This document shows, piece after piece, positions 32,329-45,448 of a stretch of DNA of 64,000 bases (position 1 is the first letter of the stretch; every line of letters starts with the position of its first letter). Below the pieces are notes generated by a model, which was given only the letters and a program-made list of their open reading frames with translations, was not told the origin of the DNA and did no database searches. Source of the stretch: Eledone cirrhosa (taxonomy: Eukaryota); NCBI GenBank assembly GCA_964016885.1, contig CAXHJY010001743.1:62001-126000 (forward strand). The letters are read 5' to 3'. A program made the translations under genes and the position numbers.

Positions 32329-33223
32329 TGGGCCTATATATACATATATGGGCCTATATATATATATATACTGTGTTCACTTGGATCAAGATCTAATAAT
32401 GTTTTCCTTTGTTACTTGCTCGACTTTCTATAGCCTACAGAACAGTTAGAGTTATTTTATCAGCTTCTTTCTTTCTTTCTTTCTTCTTCTTCTTTTTTTT
32501 TTTTTAGCTATTTTTGCTATTGTATTCATAGTAGAGTTGGTTGTGAGACGCCATAATTGTTTCCTCTGTGTTCCAGTAGAGATTATATTCTTAAGACAAA
32601 CACATGGTCTGTAATTCCTTAAATACCATGGGATATTCTCACTGAAGAAGCGCTTTCAATATATATTTTGTTTCGTTTTGTTTTGTTTTTGTTTTTTGTG
32701 GTGTTTTGTGTGTGTGTGTATCGGGGGGGGGGGGGTTCTATTTGTTTATTTTTATTTCGTTTTTATTTCTTTTTTTTCTTCTTTCGTCCGTCTAGCCTTT
32801 GTCATTGTTCATGTTCTAGCTGTTGTTGTTGTTGTTATTATTTTGTTATTGATGTTGTTGTTGTTGGTGTTGTTGTTGTTGTTGCTTCTGCTGCTGTTAT
32901 TGCTGTTGCTTCTTGTTTTCGTTATTACCTTTGTTGTTATTGCTGTTAACGTTGCTGCTTTTATCGTTTTTGTGCTGTTGCTGTTGTTGTTACTATTATC
33001 GACGTTTTAAGTTTTTTTTGTTGTTTTTTTTTTTTGTTTTTATGAACATCCTTCGTCAAGAAATCATTTCTCAGCGATTGTATAAATGTTTTTGTTATTG
33101 TTGTTGTTTACACTTTTACTCTTTACCTGTTCCAGCCATCCGGCTGAGGCCATGTTGGGGCACCACCCTTGTTTGTTCATAAAAAAGTGTTAATATTTCT
33201 ATCATCTTCCAATCTACCATTTA

Positions 33224-33367
33224 TCCTATTTCTAGAAGTAACCTTAACATTTCCCTATTTCTAGAAGTCGCCCTATTTCTAGAAGTAACCTTAATATATT
33301 CCCTATTTCTAGAAGTCGTCCTATTTCTAGAAGCAAACTTAATATATTCCCTATTTCTAGAAGTAAC
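33224..33367. repeat. Short tandem repeat of cctatttctagaagt with alternating spacers (~6 cores)
   Basis: Directly visible. Confidence 0.8.
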
Positions 33368-33623
33368 CAGGAAAACTTTAAACGGCCACTCGCCTTTCTA
33401 GAAACAGCAATCAAATATCCCACAAAATAAAACCAACTGTTTTATATTAGACAATATAACACCTGGTTTTAAAAGAAGAACGGAGCTCATTGCAAAACTA
33501 CGTCTGATCATAAATATGCTGGATCAAAGTTGGGTTAGGGTTGGAGTATGGTGTTGAACAACAGCAAATCGGTGTATTTTTTGCTTTTTCCGTGGTTGGG
33601 GGAGTTCTGACCTTGCATATGCG

Positions 33624-33702
<79 letters not shown>

Positions 33703-33800
33703 GTGTGTGTGTGTGTGTATGTATATATATATATATGTTAGGTAATTCCGAAGGAAAAGCAAAGGAAAATAGAGTGTTCTATGTATAGAACAGAGCTATT

Positions 33801-33988
33801 TAATTAGAAGGTGAACAACACAAAATATAACTACTCCATTACCAAAGGTTTCTGGATCACAGATGATAATAATATAATATATGTCTGGATCTGTCGTCAG
33901 ACAGCTGACGATCGATATTTTATTATTATCGTCTGTGATCCAGAAACCTTTGGTAATGGAGTAGTTATATTTTGTGTTGTTCACCTTC

Positions 33989-33994
<6 letters not shown>
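33801..33994. repeat. Fold-back element 2
   Basis: ~70-bp near-perfect outer arms plus a central tcgtcag-acag-ctgacga inversion. The right end abuts (TA)n; the left side has ~60 extra nt before (TA)n. Confidence 0.9.
33836..33904 (-). ncRNA. Type I hammerhead motif with extended stem II
   Basis: Minus strand: ctgt-CTGACGA-cagatccaga...tctgtgatcca-GAAA-cc(ttt)gg-TA-atgg. Stem I ctgt/atgg includes two G-U pairs. Confidence 0.55.
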
Positions 33995-34058
<64 letters not shown>

Positions 34059-34319
34059 TATATATATATGTGTATATAAGTAACCATTTCTTTTTCTTTC
34101 TATCTTTCCCCCCACCCACTCTCCTCTTGTCTTGTATCATACTCGTTGCTCCCACTCTCACTTCCGCTTTCTGCCACTTCCGCTGCCCTATGTGTAACTG
34201 TCAATGTGAATTGGAGTAAACTCATATTGATAACTGTTCGGTATATTGAATATTGATCTGTTGGTATATGAACTGTTTAGTCTCCGTTCAGTTTAGTATA
34301 ACTAACATGACTTATACAC

Positions 34320-34382
<63 letters not shown>

Positions 34383-35132
34383 TACATACACACATATATA
34401 AATAAATAAATGAATATATATATATATACGTGTATGTATGTACATACCTGTGTTTGTGTGTGTTTGTGTGAGTGTGCGAGCGTGTATGTGTACATATCTG
34501 TGTGTGCGTGTCTCTCTCTCTATATATATATATACATATGTGTGTGTGTGCGTGTGTGTGTGTCAGAAAGCAGAAAGGCACCAAATAAAACTGCACTGGT
34601 GTTCAGCTGTTTGGTGTTATTAGTTTTAATGTTGATGTTATCCAACCTTGTGATGCTGCCAATCCCCTGAAATATGTTATACATCCAATATAGGACCGAA
34701 GAGACGAAGAAGAGGAGGAGGTGGAGGAGGTGAAGGAGGGGGAAGTGGTGGTGGTGGGGGGAGATAATCATCCCTTGTTTTACCGATCACAGTTATAAGG
34801 GGACAAGAGAAAGAAACGGGGCCAAAGCTGAGAGTTATATCTCTGTGTGAAATACCGAATCCATTAATACATAGGATCACATTTCCAATGTTTGATGTCC
34901 CCTAAACGTGCTGCTACTACCGATGAAGCATATAGCAGGGAAGGGAGAGGTGCATTTGAGAGAGAGAGAGAGTGTGTGAGAGAGAATGAGAGAGAGAGAG
35001 GGGGATATGAGAGAGAGGGGGAGGTTGGAGCACGGGTAGCGGTGAGAGAGAAAGATAAGGAGATAAAACAAGGGTTTTGGAGAGGGAGGTGTAAGGGAGA
35101 GATGAAGGAGAGGGAGAGAGGGATATTAGAGA

Positions 35133-35198
<66 letters not shown>

Positions 35199-35484
35199 AA
35201 CTGACAGGGAGAGAGAGAGAGAGAGACGTAGGAGAGAGGAGATGGTGGAAATATGTAAAAGCGAAGCGGTAAAAAGAGAATGAGTTACCCACATACCTAC
35301 TGAACCAACTATCTCAGCTTGCTAGGTAACTAGCTAGGTAAACTATTTAGCTGGCTAGCTAGGTTGTTAGTTGGCTGGTTGATAAGTCAATTGGCTGGTT
35401 GATTGGATGATTGCTTGGTTGGTTAGTTGGTTAGTAAATTAGTCAATCAAATAGGTAGTTAGATAGATAGATAAATATATATAT

Positions 35485-35556
<72 letters not shown>

Positions 35557-35648
35557 AGAGAGAGAGGGAGAGGGCGGTGCTGCAGCATGGCCTCAGTCGG
35601 ATGGCTGGAATATGTAAAAGAATAAAAGAGCATATATATATATATAGA

Positions 35649-35688
<40 letters not shown>

Positions 35689-35896
35689 CGTGGTGGCTGT
35701 GGAGGATGATGGTGGTTCTGATAGTGTTGTTGTTGGTGGTGATGTTCCTGGTGGAGATGTGTACTATTGCATATGTGTGTATGTGTGCGCGTCTATGTAA
35801 CTATATGTGTTTCACTGTGTGTATCAGTGTGTGTGTAATTGTATATATGTATATATATATATATATTTACACACACACATACACAAACACACATAC

Positions 35897-35988
<92 letters not shown>

Positions 35989-36078
35989 CAGGGCCAGCCA
36001 GTCTCCGCTGAACAACTGCTGTTTGGCACACAACCTATATGTCATGACTGTGAAATACTCCATAATGGCGCTCAGCTC

Positions 36079-36660
36079 CTCCACCGTCACCATGACCACC
36101 ACCATAACCACCACCACCGTCATTACCACCACCACTAACATCATTACCGCCACCACCACCATCATTACCACCATCATCACCACCACCACCATCACTACCA
36201 CCACCGCCGTCATTACCACCATCACCACCAACACCACCACTACCATCATTACGACTACCACCACCATCACCACCACCACCACCACCACCATCATTACCAC
36301 CACCACCATCATTACCACTACCACCACCACCATCATTAGCACCACCATCACCACCAACACCACCATTATTACCACCACCACTACCATCATTACCACCACC
36401 CCACTACCACCATCATTACCAACACCACTACCAGCATTACCACCACCAACAAAAACGCCACCACCACCACCACCACCAATACCACCATAATTCCCATCAT
36501 TACCACCACCACCATCACCACCACCACCTTCACCATTACCACCATCACCACCACCATCATTAGCACCATCACCACCACCAGCATTACCACCATCACCACC
36601 ACCACCACCACTAGCATCATCAGCATCATCATCACTCATCATCATCACCACAACTATCAA
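36079..36660. repeat. Degenerate (CCA/CAT)n trinucleotide tract
   Basis: Directly visible. Confidence 0.9.
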
Positions 36661-36881
36661 CATCGTCATTATATCCATATAAGGGTGTTTGAGCTTAGTT
36701 GAACGCTGTCAAAGGAAATATGAAGTGACATTGAAAAGCTATTTGGATCGAGCTTATGCTTCTGTCTCCTTGTTTTCCTTTTATTTAGAGATGACCTGTA
36801 CTCCTTTCTTCTTCTTCTTCTTCTTCTTCTTCTTCTTCTTCTTCTTCTTCTTCTTCTTCTTCTTCTTCTTCTTCTTCTTCT

Positions 36882-36980
36882 TTTGCCTTTCATCCTTCCG
36901 GGGTCGATAAAATAAAGTACCAGTAATGCACTGGATATGTTGCTGGCCTTATGCCAAAAGTAGAAACAATTATTATTATT
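36882..36980 (+). mobile_element. 5'-truncated tRNA-SINE with (ATT)n tail
   Basis: SINE body and 3' end gtagaaacaattattattatt; follows a (TTC)n tract. Confidence 0.85.
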
Positions 36981-37950
36981 AGTCTTGGGTCAAGCGAAGA
37001 CCGAGAGGGAGCGCTTGGAGACTGGAATGTCTTCAGGCGCTCACAGCCCTCGACCAATCGGGCAATGTGATCGGTGGAAACTCCACCTTGGCGTTCTATA
37101 GAGGATTAGTGGAGGGGAAGAGCGACGACGTACTTGGAGAAACTCTAGGCGTCGACGAAAATCAACTAGCCAATCTCTTCGGAAGGACTTTCGAGCCGGG
37201 GCCTATGGACAACTTCCAGAAATCCCTGGCCTGGCAGTGCTACTGAGGAGTTTTGCCAGTTCAGGATAAACTCTACAGGCATGGAGGTGCCGTCAGCCGG
37301 GCATGTCCGAAATGCACGCAGGGCGACGAAAAATCGTCCTGCACGCACTCGTCCAGTGTCTGAGCATTGCTGACTTGTGGGTTTATGTCGAACACCTGCT
37401 GTCACGTGTAGGACGGATCCAGCTATCAGCTGAGTCCATTGTGAGGTTTGCCCCGCCCTCTTCCTTTAGCCGGGAAGGGCAGACAGTTTTTATCTGTCTG
37501 GTGACCATGGCGAAAGAGATAGTATGGTGGACATGTTTGAAAGGGCTGAAGACGAGCACTTACCTCTTCGGTGATGCCTTGATTAACTTTTTCAAATTTC
37601 ATTTGAAAAGGAAAATCAGGGTAGAGAGGGAAGTGCTCTCTTCCCAGCATTTTGTCGAAAGATGGGTGAGAGAAGCAAGTATGGCCCGAGTGAATACTCT
37701 GAGTATATGTCTGTAAATTAAAGGTGGAAAACTGGGAGAGGGCACTTGCCCTGGTGGTCAAGGTCACTGTGGCCTTTTAATGGGCTTCCTCCACAAATAT
37801 CCCTCGGAAGTCTCCCCCCTATTGGGGAATTTTTTCATTGTTCTTTTATTACATCCTCTGTTTCTTGTTTTTTAAACGCAGAAATGCCTTTTTATACCGC
37901 CCTGTATTGTCCTGTACTGTCCTTAATGTCTACTTTATGTAAACCCTTGC
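36981..37950 (+). mobile_element. 5'-truncated Tx1/L1-clade LINE copy (pseudogenised)
   Basis: Colinear with ~44708-45696. Has an in-frame TGA at 37244 (CGA in the full copy) and an indel near 37330. Begins in the SINE tail and ends in (ATT)n. Confidence 0.92.
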
Positions 37951-37968
37951 ATTATTATTATTATTATT

Positions 37969-39646
37969 ATTGTTATTGTTATTCCTTGAATCTCAGTCAT
38001 TGATGTTGGTTAACTGGAAAGTCCGTTGGATTGAATATCAAGCCACTACCTGCAGCCTCAGATATTCAGGACGTATCGGAGGGTTCTTGCCGTTCCAAGC
38101 AAGCATGCCTTTTGAAGCGTTCCAAAAAGCGTGAAGGGGCCGATTTTCTTTAACCATCCCTGGAAACCTTTGGAGATAGTCCCCAGTGCGCCTATGACAA
38201 TCGGGATCACTTTGACTTCATGGCAGTTCCAAATCCTTTTCACCTCCCACTTTAGGTCCTGGTATCGGTTAATTTTCTCCCTCTCCTTCTCTTGCACTCT
38301 CGTGTCGAACGGGCAGGCCACATCCACAATCAGGCACGATCTTTTTTCTTTGTCCACAACCACCAGGTCAGGTCTATTGTGTTCCAGTTTTTTGTCCGTC
38401 TGTATCCTAAAATCCCACAGCACCTTCACCTGACTGTTCTCCATCACCGCCTCTGGCCTATGCTCATACCATTTCTCAAAATGTGGTAGATTGTTTACTT
38501 TGCACAGGTGCCAGTGGATCACCCTGCCCATCACATCGTGTCTCCAGCCCTTATAGTGGGTCTGGGCTAGGTGTTTACACTCGGACACAATGTGAGCCAC
38601 AGTCTCCTCTCTCTCTCCACAGATCCTGCACAGTGGGCTAGCCTCCTCCTTGTAGATATGGTGCTTCAACCACTTCGTTTTGAGGGCCTGCTCCTGCGCA
38701 GCCATTAGCATTCCTTCTGTAGCCTTTTTGAGGTCTCCTCTTCTCAACCAGTTCCATGTCTGTGGATCTCTAAATTCAGTTTTCTCAAAGAAGGTACTAT
38801 GAAGGGATTTTCCCTTAAGGCTGCTCTTCCTCCTTGATGTTATTTCCTCCTTGGGTATCCCCTGGCCTACTGTCCCCTCCTTCAGTACAGCTCTGAGCAT
38901 TGGCTCCTTACTATAGGTCACGTATTTGTATAGGTTGTTTTTCTCCATCTGAACACAGTCCTCTATGCTGATAAGACCTCTTCCACCCTCAGATCTCCTT
39001 AGGTAGAGTCTATCGACATCACTCCTCTTGTGGAACATGTTGTAGATAGTCAATAGCTTCCTAGTCTTCCTATCCATTTCTTTTTGTTCGGCAACATTCC
39101 ATCTCAGGATTCCCGCACTGTACCTAATAATAGACACAGCTCGGGAATTTACTGCGCTTATGGCATTTCTGCTGTTCAGATGTGACTTCAATACGCTCCT
39201 TACTCTCCGAATGTATTCAGTTCTTAACAATTCCTTCATTTTTTTGTTCTTTATGCCATCAGCCTCCAGAACGCCCAAATACTTGTATCCTTCCTCAGAG
39301 TCAATTTCCTTTATCATCTCACCTGTTGGTATCTGGATCCCGTTACTTCTGCTCAACCTACCCCTCCTCATCACAATGACTCCACATTTACCAATACCAA
39401 ACTGCATACATATATCACTGCTGAAAATACGGACAGTGTCAACAAGCACATCCAACTCCTTCTCACTTTTCCCGAAGAGCTTAAGATCGTCCATGAAGAG
39501 GAGGTGATTGATGGTAAGCTCTCCCCTTCCCAACTTGTATCCTGCTCTCACTTTTCGCAGCATAATGGTCAAGGGCATCAGGGCAAGGACAAACAACAGA
39601 GGCGACAGGCTATCTCCCTGGAAGATACCTCTCTTGATCTTCACGC

Positions 39647-39648
<2 letters not shown>
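37969..39648 (-). mobile_element. R4/Dong-clade element copy A, 5'-truncated; open frame 38058-39644 (partial RT + CCHC + RLE)
   Basis: QGDSLSPLLF, HLLFMDD, CRIC..HIVSEC, RHD, RPDLVVVD. (TAA)n on both sides; only ~4 aa differences from the full-length copy. Confidence 0.95.
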
Positions 39649-39682
<34 letters not shown>

Positions 39683-39897
39683 GAATGCCATGGTTGACGG
39701 AGGCTCGGCTCTGTAAGGTATAGTAATTTTTAACCGTTAAAACAATTGTAAATTGTTTAAAACTTGAACCAAATTGTTGATAAAGACACCCTCCTCCTCG
39801 TGAGAGGGGTCTTTCTGTCCGTTATTTGGCCCTTCGGGGTTAAATAACCAGTTATTGGGGTTTTGTACCCAAAATTTCATTTTAAACAAAAAACAAC

Positions 39898-41993
39898 ATG
39901 GCTACAAAAAAGAAATTTCATACGTCACTCCCACTCATTCCGTCTTCTTCTTCCTCAATCATCACTACAGCAGAGAGAAGATTGTCTCTCTCCCTCCCTT
40001 CTTTAAATGTGTCTCTCTCCCTCCCTTCTCTTTCGCAAGTGACGAAAGAAAAGAAAAGTCTCGTGCAAAGCGTGCAAGGTTTCTCCACGACGACGACGAC
40101 AGCGACGAAACAGGTGTGCGGGAAATACGAAAACCCAGTTCATTCGTCTGACGTCAGGAATAATAGCAGTAGCAGCCGTAATAACAACAGCAACAGTGAC
40201 AATGAAAACAACAGTAGCAGCCGCAACAGCATCACCAGCAGCATAAACAACAACAGCATTAGCAGCAGCAACACCAACAACAACCACAGCAACAGCGGCG
40301 GAGGCAGTAGTCGTAGTACCTGCAGCAACAACAAAAGTACCAGCAGCTCTGACGACAACAACAACAGCAGAGAAAAACCAATCTCATTTGCAGGTATTGC
40401 GAAAAACTTGGAAACAATCCTCATAACAAATGAGGAATTAGAGGAAGCGAAGAAGATGGTGACAAAGAACGGACACCGAGCAATCTGCAAGGCAGCGGAA
40501 AAATTTTTCGAAACCCAAGAGCACTGTACGGTCACGTACCGTACAGTAAGTACAAAATCCCGTAGGGTGGAAAGAGTCACAGAGGCCCAAATACAAAAAG
40601 CCTTGGGGTCTGTGTGGCAGCGGAAAACGCACATCACCCGAGGCAAAAAATATGCCACCGTAGACGTACTTTTTGCCACACCCCAGGAGGCAAAGGCCCA
40701 ATCAGTAGTGACCCTAAGGAGCGAGGAAATGGTGTTGGTGCCCTCCTACTGCGGGCAAAAAATTGTGAGGGTCAAACTGACCCACGTCCCCCCCGGAATG
40801 ACCCCTTCTTGGCTGGCCGCGTCTGTCCTCGTCGGAATCGAGGACAAAACAACTGTACTGCAAGTACAGAAAAAAGTAAGAGAAGATTGGGTCGGCACCT
40901 CCATTGAGATGCTAATCCAAACCAACCAGGAGTGCATCGAAGCTATCCCGGATGTGATAGACTTCGATAACGGCACTCAACTGCCCATAAGTGTTGAGGG
41001 CAAACGCCCGAAATGCTTTCGCTGTGGATCGAAGACTCACCTCAGGGCCTTCTGCAACGAGAAGACCCTGAGAAAGGAGAAAACCCCCCTCCTTCCGAAT
41101 CCGGCTCCACGGCTACCAGCAACAGGACAAGCGGCAACCAGGAACGATAGGTCCGTGGCACCCATACCCACCCCACGGAAATCAAAAACAGCAGCAGCAG
41201 TGGAAATATTAACAACAACAACAGCAATACCAAATGCAGCTGCAACAGAGACTCCAGTGCAAACATCACCAACAACAACAAGTGAAAGAGTGGAGCTGGT
41301 ACCCCTCCCCGACCTCACAGAATCAGACATGGAGTGTGAGGTGGGAGAGGATGGCAAAAGGTCGCAAGAAGGCACAAACGCAGAAGCAGCGCATCGTCGC
41401 CTTTGAAAAGGGAGGAAAGAAATGAGAAAAGGGTAAAGTCTACTGCAAAGAGACCCACAGCAGCAACACCACCAACACCATCACCACCCACACCAGCACC
41501 ACCATCACCACCGGCGACAACCCCACCGCCAACAACACCTTCAACACCATCACCACAAGCACCAACATCGCAAACACATCAACAAAACACACACACCCAG
41601 CAACAACGACAAGAAAATAGCAGAACCACACCTCACCCCCAGAAAAACAAATGCACGGCAATAAACACACACAACAAGAAACTAATGACTTACATAATTG
41701 AACACACAGACATTTCACAACAGGACTACATAATACCAGCACCAATCAAAACGCCAACTAACATAAGACTGCTAAAAATAGCACAGAAACAATACACAAA
41801 CATTAAAACGAAATTCCCCAACGCAGTTGGTGATTTCAGGGACCTAGGAGGAACCATCAATCGAAGAGTATATTCAGACATTCTCTTAGAAGAGCCGACG
41901 ACCAGCCGAAGGGACGATTCAACGGTCCCTTCACCAGACGATCAAGTGAAAAGGGATGTAAAAACCATCCCTCCTCTACCAAAAGTACGGTAA
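39898..41993 (+). CDS. Tx1-type ORF1 (gag-like zinc-knuckle protein), split by one frameshift near 41341-41350
   Basis: CCHC knuckle CFRCGSKTHLRAFC. Reading in the frame of ORF 41403-41993 from 41349 gives GWQKVARRHKRR; adding one base joins the two ORFs into ~698 aa. Confidence 0.8.
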
Positions 41994-42028
41994 GTGGTCT
42001 TTCCCATCTTTTCCACTCTATTTTAAAC

Positions 42029-45000
42029 ATGACCTCACTCAGAATAGGCAGCATAAATGCGCGTGGCTTGGGGTCGTCATGGAAGCAGGGTCACCTGCTC
42101 AACGACCTCAGGTCACTAAACATAGATGTAGTGGCCATCAGCGAGACCAGAATCTCCGAAGCACGGGCCTTCGCACCGATCTTCGGCGGCTACGATGTGT
42201 ACGCATCTCCCAGCCGTCCTGGATCGGGTGGAGGAGTTGCTGTGCTTTTTCGGAGAGGTTTGGATCTCGCCATACGGGCCATCTTCCTGGACCCAGAGGG
42301 TAAGCTGGTGGTGCTGGACGTGACCAGCGGAGACGGGCAAGCTTTCAGGCTAGTGGCCGTCTATGCCCCGACAGGAGCAGGGCGGCCTGATTTCTTCCGG
42401 CGTCTGGAGACCTTTCTTGGAACGTCCCGCTCTTTAGTGTTAGTGGGCGACTGGAACGGGATCTTAGATGCACGCTGGGACTGTGTGGGATTAGCGGATA
42501 GGGGTGGAGGGTGCAAGAGCCTCACCAACCTGCTCAGGCGTTTTGAACTGTCTGACAGGTACCGATTGGATTTCCCGAATGTGCCAATGTGGACTTGGAC
42601 AAACCGCATAGGGTCATCCAGATCATATCTAGATAGAGTATTTTGTAGGGAAATAGATAGGTCTAGCATAGGCTGTCCACAATTCAAGATAGTCAGCTAC
42701 ACGGACCACAAATTCGTGACCTGTGTGCTTGACTTAGATAGGCTTCATAGACGAGGACCCGGCTACTGGAAGCTAAACGCGTCCTTACCAGCGCGCAAGG
42801 CCTACAGAGACCGGATTAGCGAACTAGTTAAGCGGGCGTTGACGGGGGCCATCGTCAACAACAAGTGGTGGTTTGCTCTGAAAAGAGCGATTAGAATAGA
42901 ATCGATTAGGTTTAGTAAGGCTTTAGCAATAGAGAAAAATAGAGCAGAGGGAGAACTAGTTACAAAATTAGACGAGGCGCTTAGCAAAGGCATTGCGACC
43001 GACGTGCTTGCGGCGAAATTGGCCCTTGACCAATTCTTCAATGCAAAGCACGAAGGCTGCGTTGTCAGAGCTAGGGTGCGTGCTCTCAGACACGAGGGGA
43101 CGAAAGCCGTTCAATGGGCCCGAGTGGCGGAGGCGCGTCGTGGCAACAAAGCCACGATCCGGTCTTTGGTGGACCACGACGGGCGCATGCTACTCGATCC
43201 CGGGCAAATGTGTGAAGCTTTTCAGCGACACTTCGCTCAGCTGTTCGGGGGCAGCGGGGGGCCGGGTAGAGGGATGGACTTTAGTGTCTACCTCGACGGA
43301 CTGCCGCGGCTCTCGGCCACTGAGGCGAAGTGTTGCGAAAAGCCGATAACAGCCGCTGAAGTACGGGAGGCAATGACTGGCTGCACAAGGGGTAAATCGC
43401 CTGGTTTGGATGGTCTGCCCTATGAACTTTACGTACAGATGCCAGACTTGTTCGGAGGCCTCTTGGCGGACGTCTACTGCAACTGGCAACAGAACGGGAG
43501 AATTCCCAGTTCTGTGAGCCGAGGAGCGGTGGCACTGCTGAGAAAGGATCCGAACAAGGGGGATAACATAGAAAATTTCCGGCCCATAACTCTGCTAAAC
43601 ACAGAGTTTAAGATTTTGGCCAAGGTGCTAGCAAAGAGGTTGGCGCTTGTCGTTGGTGGTCTGGTGGGAGAGGCGCAGACATGCGCCATTCCCGACAGAT
43701 CCATCCACGACAACCTCCACCTCATGCGATACATCGTAGAGAGGGTAGCTAGGGAACCTGGCACGGGTGGGTCCTTGATCAATTTAGATCAGTCGAAAGC
43801 TTTCGATAGGGTCGACCATCGTTACCTAGCGGCAGTCCTGAGGGCGGCTGGCTTTGGGCCCGTCTTCAGAGGCTGGATCGCTGCCATGCACAGCGACATC
43901 TGCTCTGTGGTGAGAGTGAACGGTCACCTGTCGGAACCGTTCAACATCATGCGCTCGGTCCGCCAAGGATGTCCCCTCTCGTCCCTCTTGTACGTATTGA
44001 CTCTCGAGCCATTACTGCACAAACTGGAGACGTTGAGGGGAGTCCCGCGCGAACTAGGATGCGGAAGATCCGTGTCAGCATATGCGGACGATGTCACCGT
44101 AGTGGTGTCGAACGCCAAACACATCGAGGCGATCGGCACTACACTAAGAGAATACGAAGCGGTGACAGGAGCAATGATCAACCAGGAAAAGTCAGTGGGC
44201 CTGCAGCTCGGCACCTGGAGAGGCAGGTCCATGCCGTCCAACAGCGTCGTCGGGCGCTGGACGGACGGACCGGTTAAATTGCTAGGGGTCTGGTTCGGTC
44301 CGGACCTCCAGACGGACAAAAACTGGGACGAGGTGACGAGCAGGGTGGCTTCTCTCACCCAGAAATGGGCGGAGAGGAAGCTATCCCTGAAAGGTCGAGC
44401 GGAGGTGGCTAACGCGTACATCGCGTCTGTCATCTGCTACCGCCTAACCGTCGTACCTTGTCCTAAGCCTCGCCTGACTGCGCTGGAGCGTTTGCTCTTT
44501 CGCTTTTTGTGGAAGGGACGTGCTCCGATGGTCAGGCGGTCCATCTGTTGTCAACACCCGCTACGTGGAGGGCTGGGCATGCCGTGGCTGATGATGCGCA
44601 GGCACGCGCTCAGGCTACGACATCTCCACCTCTTCCTCGACCGTGATCAGGTGTGGTCGCCGTTTGCTAGACGCGTTTTTCCCCAGCTCGTTTCCTTGAC
44701 GGAGCTGCAGTCCTGGGTCAAGCGAAGACCGAGAGGGAGCGCCTGGAGACTGGAATGTCTTCAGGCGCTCACAGCCCTCGACCAATCGGGCAATGTGATC
44801 GGTGGAAACTCCACCTCGGCGTTCTATAGAGGATTAGTGGAGGGGAAGAGCGACGACGTACTTGGGGAAACTCTAGGCGTCGACGAAAATCAACTAGCCA
44901 ATCTCTTCGGAAGAACTTTCGGGCCAGGGCCTATGGACAACTTCCAGAAATCTCTGGCCTGGCAGTGCTACCGAGGAGCCTTGCCAGTTCGGGATAAACT

Positions 45001-45448
45001 CTACAGGCATGGAGGTGCCGTCAGCCGGGCATGTCCGAGATGCGCGCAGGGCGACGAAACCGTCCTGCACGCACTCGTCGAGTGTCCGAAAATTGCTGAC
45101 TTGTGGGTTTATGTCGAACACCTGCTGTCGCGTTTAGGACGGATCCAGCTATCATCTGAGTCTATCGTGAGGATTGCCCCGCCCTCCTCCTTTAGCCGGG
45201 AAGGGCAGGCAGTTTTTATCTGTCTGGTGGCCATGGCGAAAGAGATAGTATGGTGGACACGTTTGAAAGGGCTGAAGACGAGCACTTACCTCTTCGGTGA
45301 TGCTCTGATTGACTTTTTCAAATTTCATTTGAAAAGGAAAATCAGAGTAGAGAAGGAAGTGCTCTCTTCCCAGCAGTTTGTTGAAAGATGGGTGAGAGAA
45401 GCAAGAATGGCCCGAGTGAATGGGCCGATTCTGAGTATATATCTGTAA
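42029..45448 (+). CDS. Tx1/L1-clade ORF2: APE endonuclease + reverse transcriptase + C-terminal CCHC, 1139 aa, intact
   Basis: SINARGL, ISET, VYAP, GDWN, YLDR, TDH (APE); NFRPITLLN, DQSKAFDRV, VRQGCPLS, YADD (RT); CPRC-x8-HALVEC. Confidence 0.97.
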   Translation: MTSLRIGSINARGLGSSWKQGHLLNDLRSLNIDVVAISETRISEARAFAPIFGGYDVYASPSRPGSGGGVAVLFRRGLDLAIRAIFLDPEGKLVVLDVTSGDGQAFRLVAVYAPTGAGRPDFFRRLETFLGTSRSLVLVGDWNGILDARWDCVGLADRGGGCKSLTNLLRRFELSDRYRLDFPNVPMWTWTNRIGSSRSYLDRVFCREIDRSSIGCPQFKIVSYTDHKFVTCVLDLDRLHRRGPGYWKLNASLPARKAYRDRISELVKRALTGAIVNNKWWFALKRAIRIESIRFSKALAIEKNRAEGELVTKLDEALSKGIATDVLAAKLALDQFFNAKHEGCVVRARVRALRHEGTKAVQWARVAEARRGNKATIRSLVDHDGRMLLDPGQMCEAFQRHFAQLFGGSGGPGRGMDFSVYLDGLPRLSATEAKCCEKPITAAEVREAMTGCTRGKSPGLDGLPYELYVQMPDLFGGLLADVYCNWQQNGRIPSSVSRGAVALLRKDPNKGDNIENFRPITLLNTEFKILAKVLAKRLALVVGGLVGEAQTCAIPDRSIHDNLHLMRYIVERVAREPGTGGSLINLDQSKAFDRVDHRYLAAVLRAAGFGPVFRGWIAAMHSDICSVVRVNGHLSEPFNIMRSVRQGCPLSSLLYVLTLEPLLHKLETLRGVPRELGCGRSVSAYADDVTVVVSNAKHIEAIGTTLREYEAVTGAMINQEKSVGLQLGTWRGRSMPSNSVVGRWTDGPVKLLGVWFGPDLQTDKNWDEVTSRVASLTQKWAERKLSLKGRAEVANAYIASVICYRLTVVPCPKPRLTALERLLFRFLWKGRAPMVRRSICCQHPLRGGLGMPWLMMRRHALRLRHLHLFLDRDQVWSPFARRVFPQLVSLTELQSWVKRRPRGSAWRLECLQALTALDQSGNVIGGNSTSAFYRGLVEGKSDDVLGETLGVDENQLANLFGRTFGPGPMDNFQKSLAWQCYRGALPVRDKLYRHGGAVSRACPRCAQGDETVLHALVECPKIADLWVYVEHLLSRLGRIQLSSESIVRIAPPSSFSREGQAVFICLVAMAKEIVWWTRLKGLKTSTYLFGDALIDFFKFHLKRKIRVEKEVLSSQQFVERWVREARMARVNGPILSIYL

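Noticed and set aside
32420-32660. Additional hammerhead-like boxes (CTGATAA..GAAA on the minus strand; ctgaagaag)
   Set aside because: Stems I and III could not be formed convincingly.
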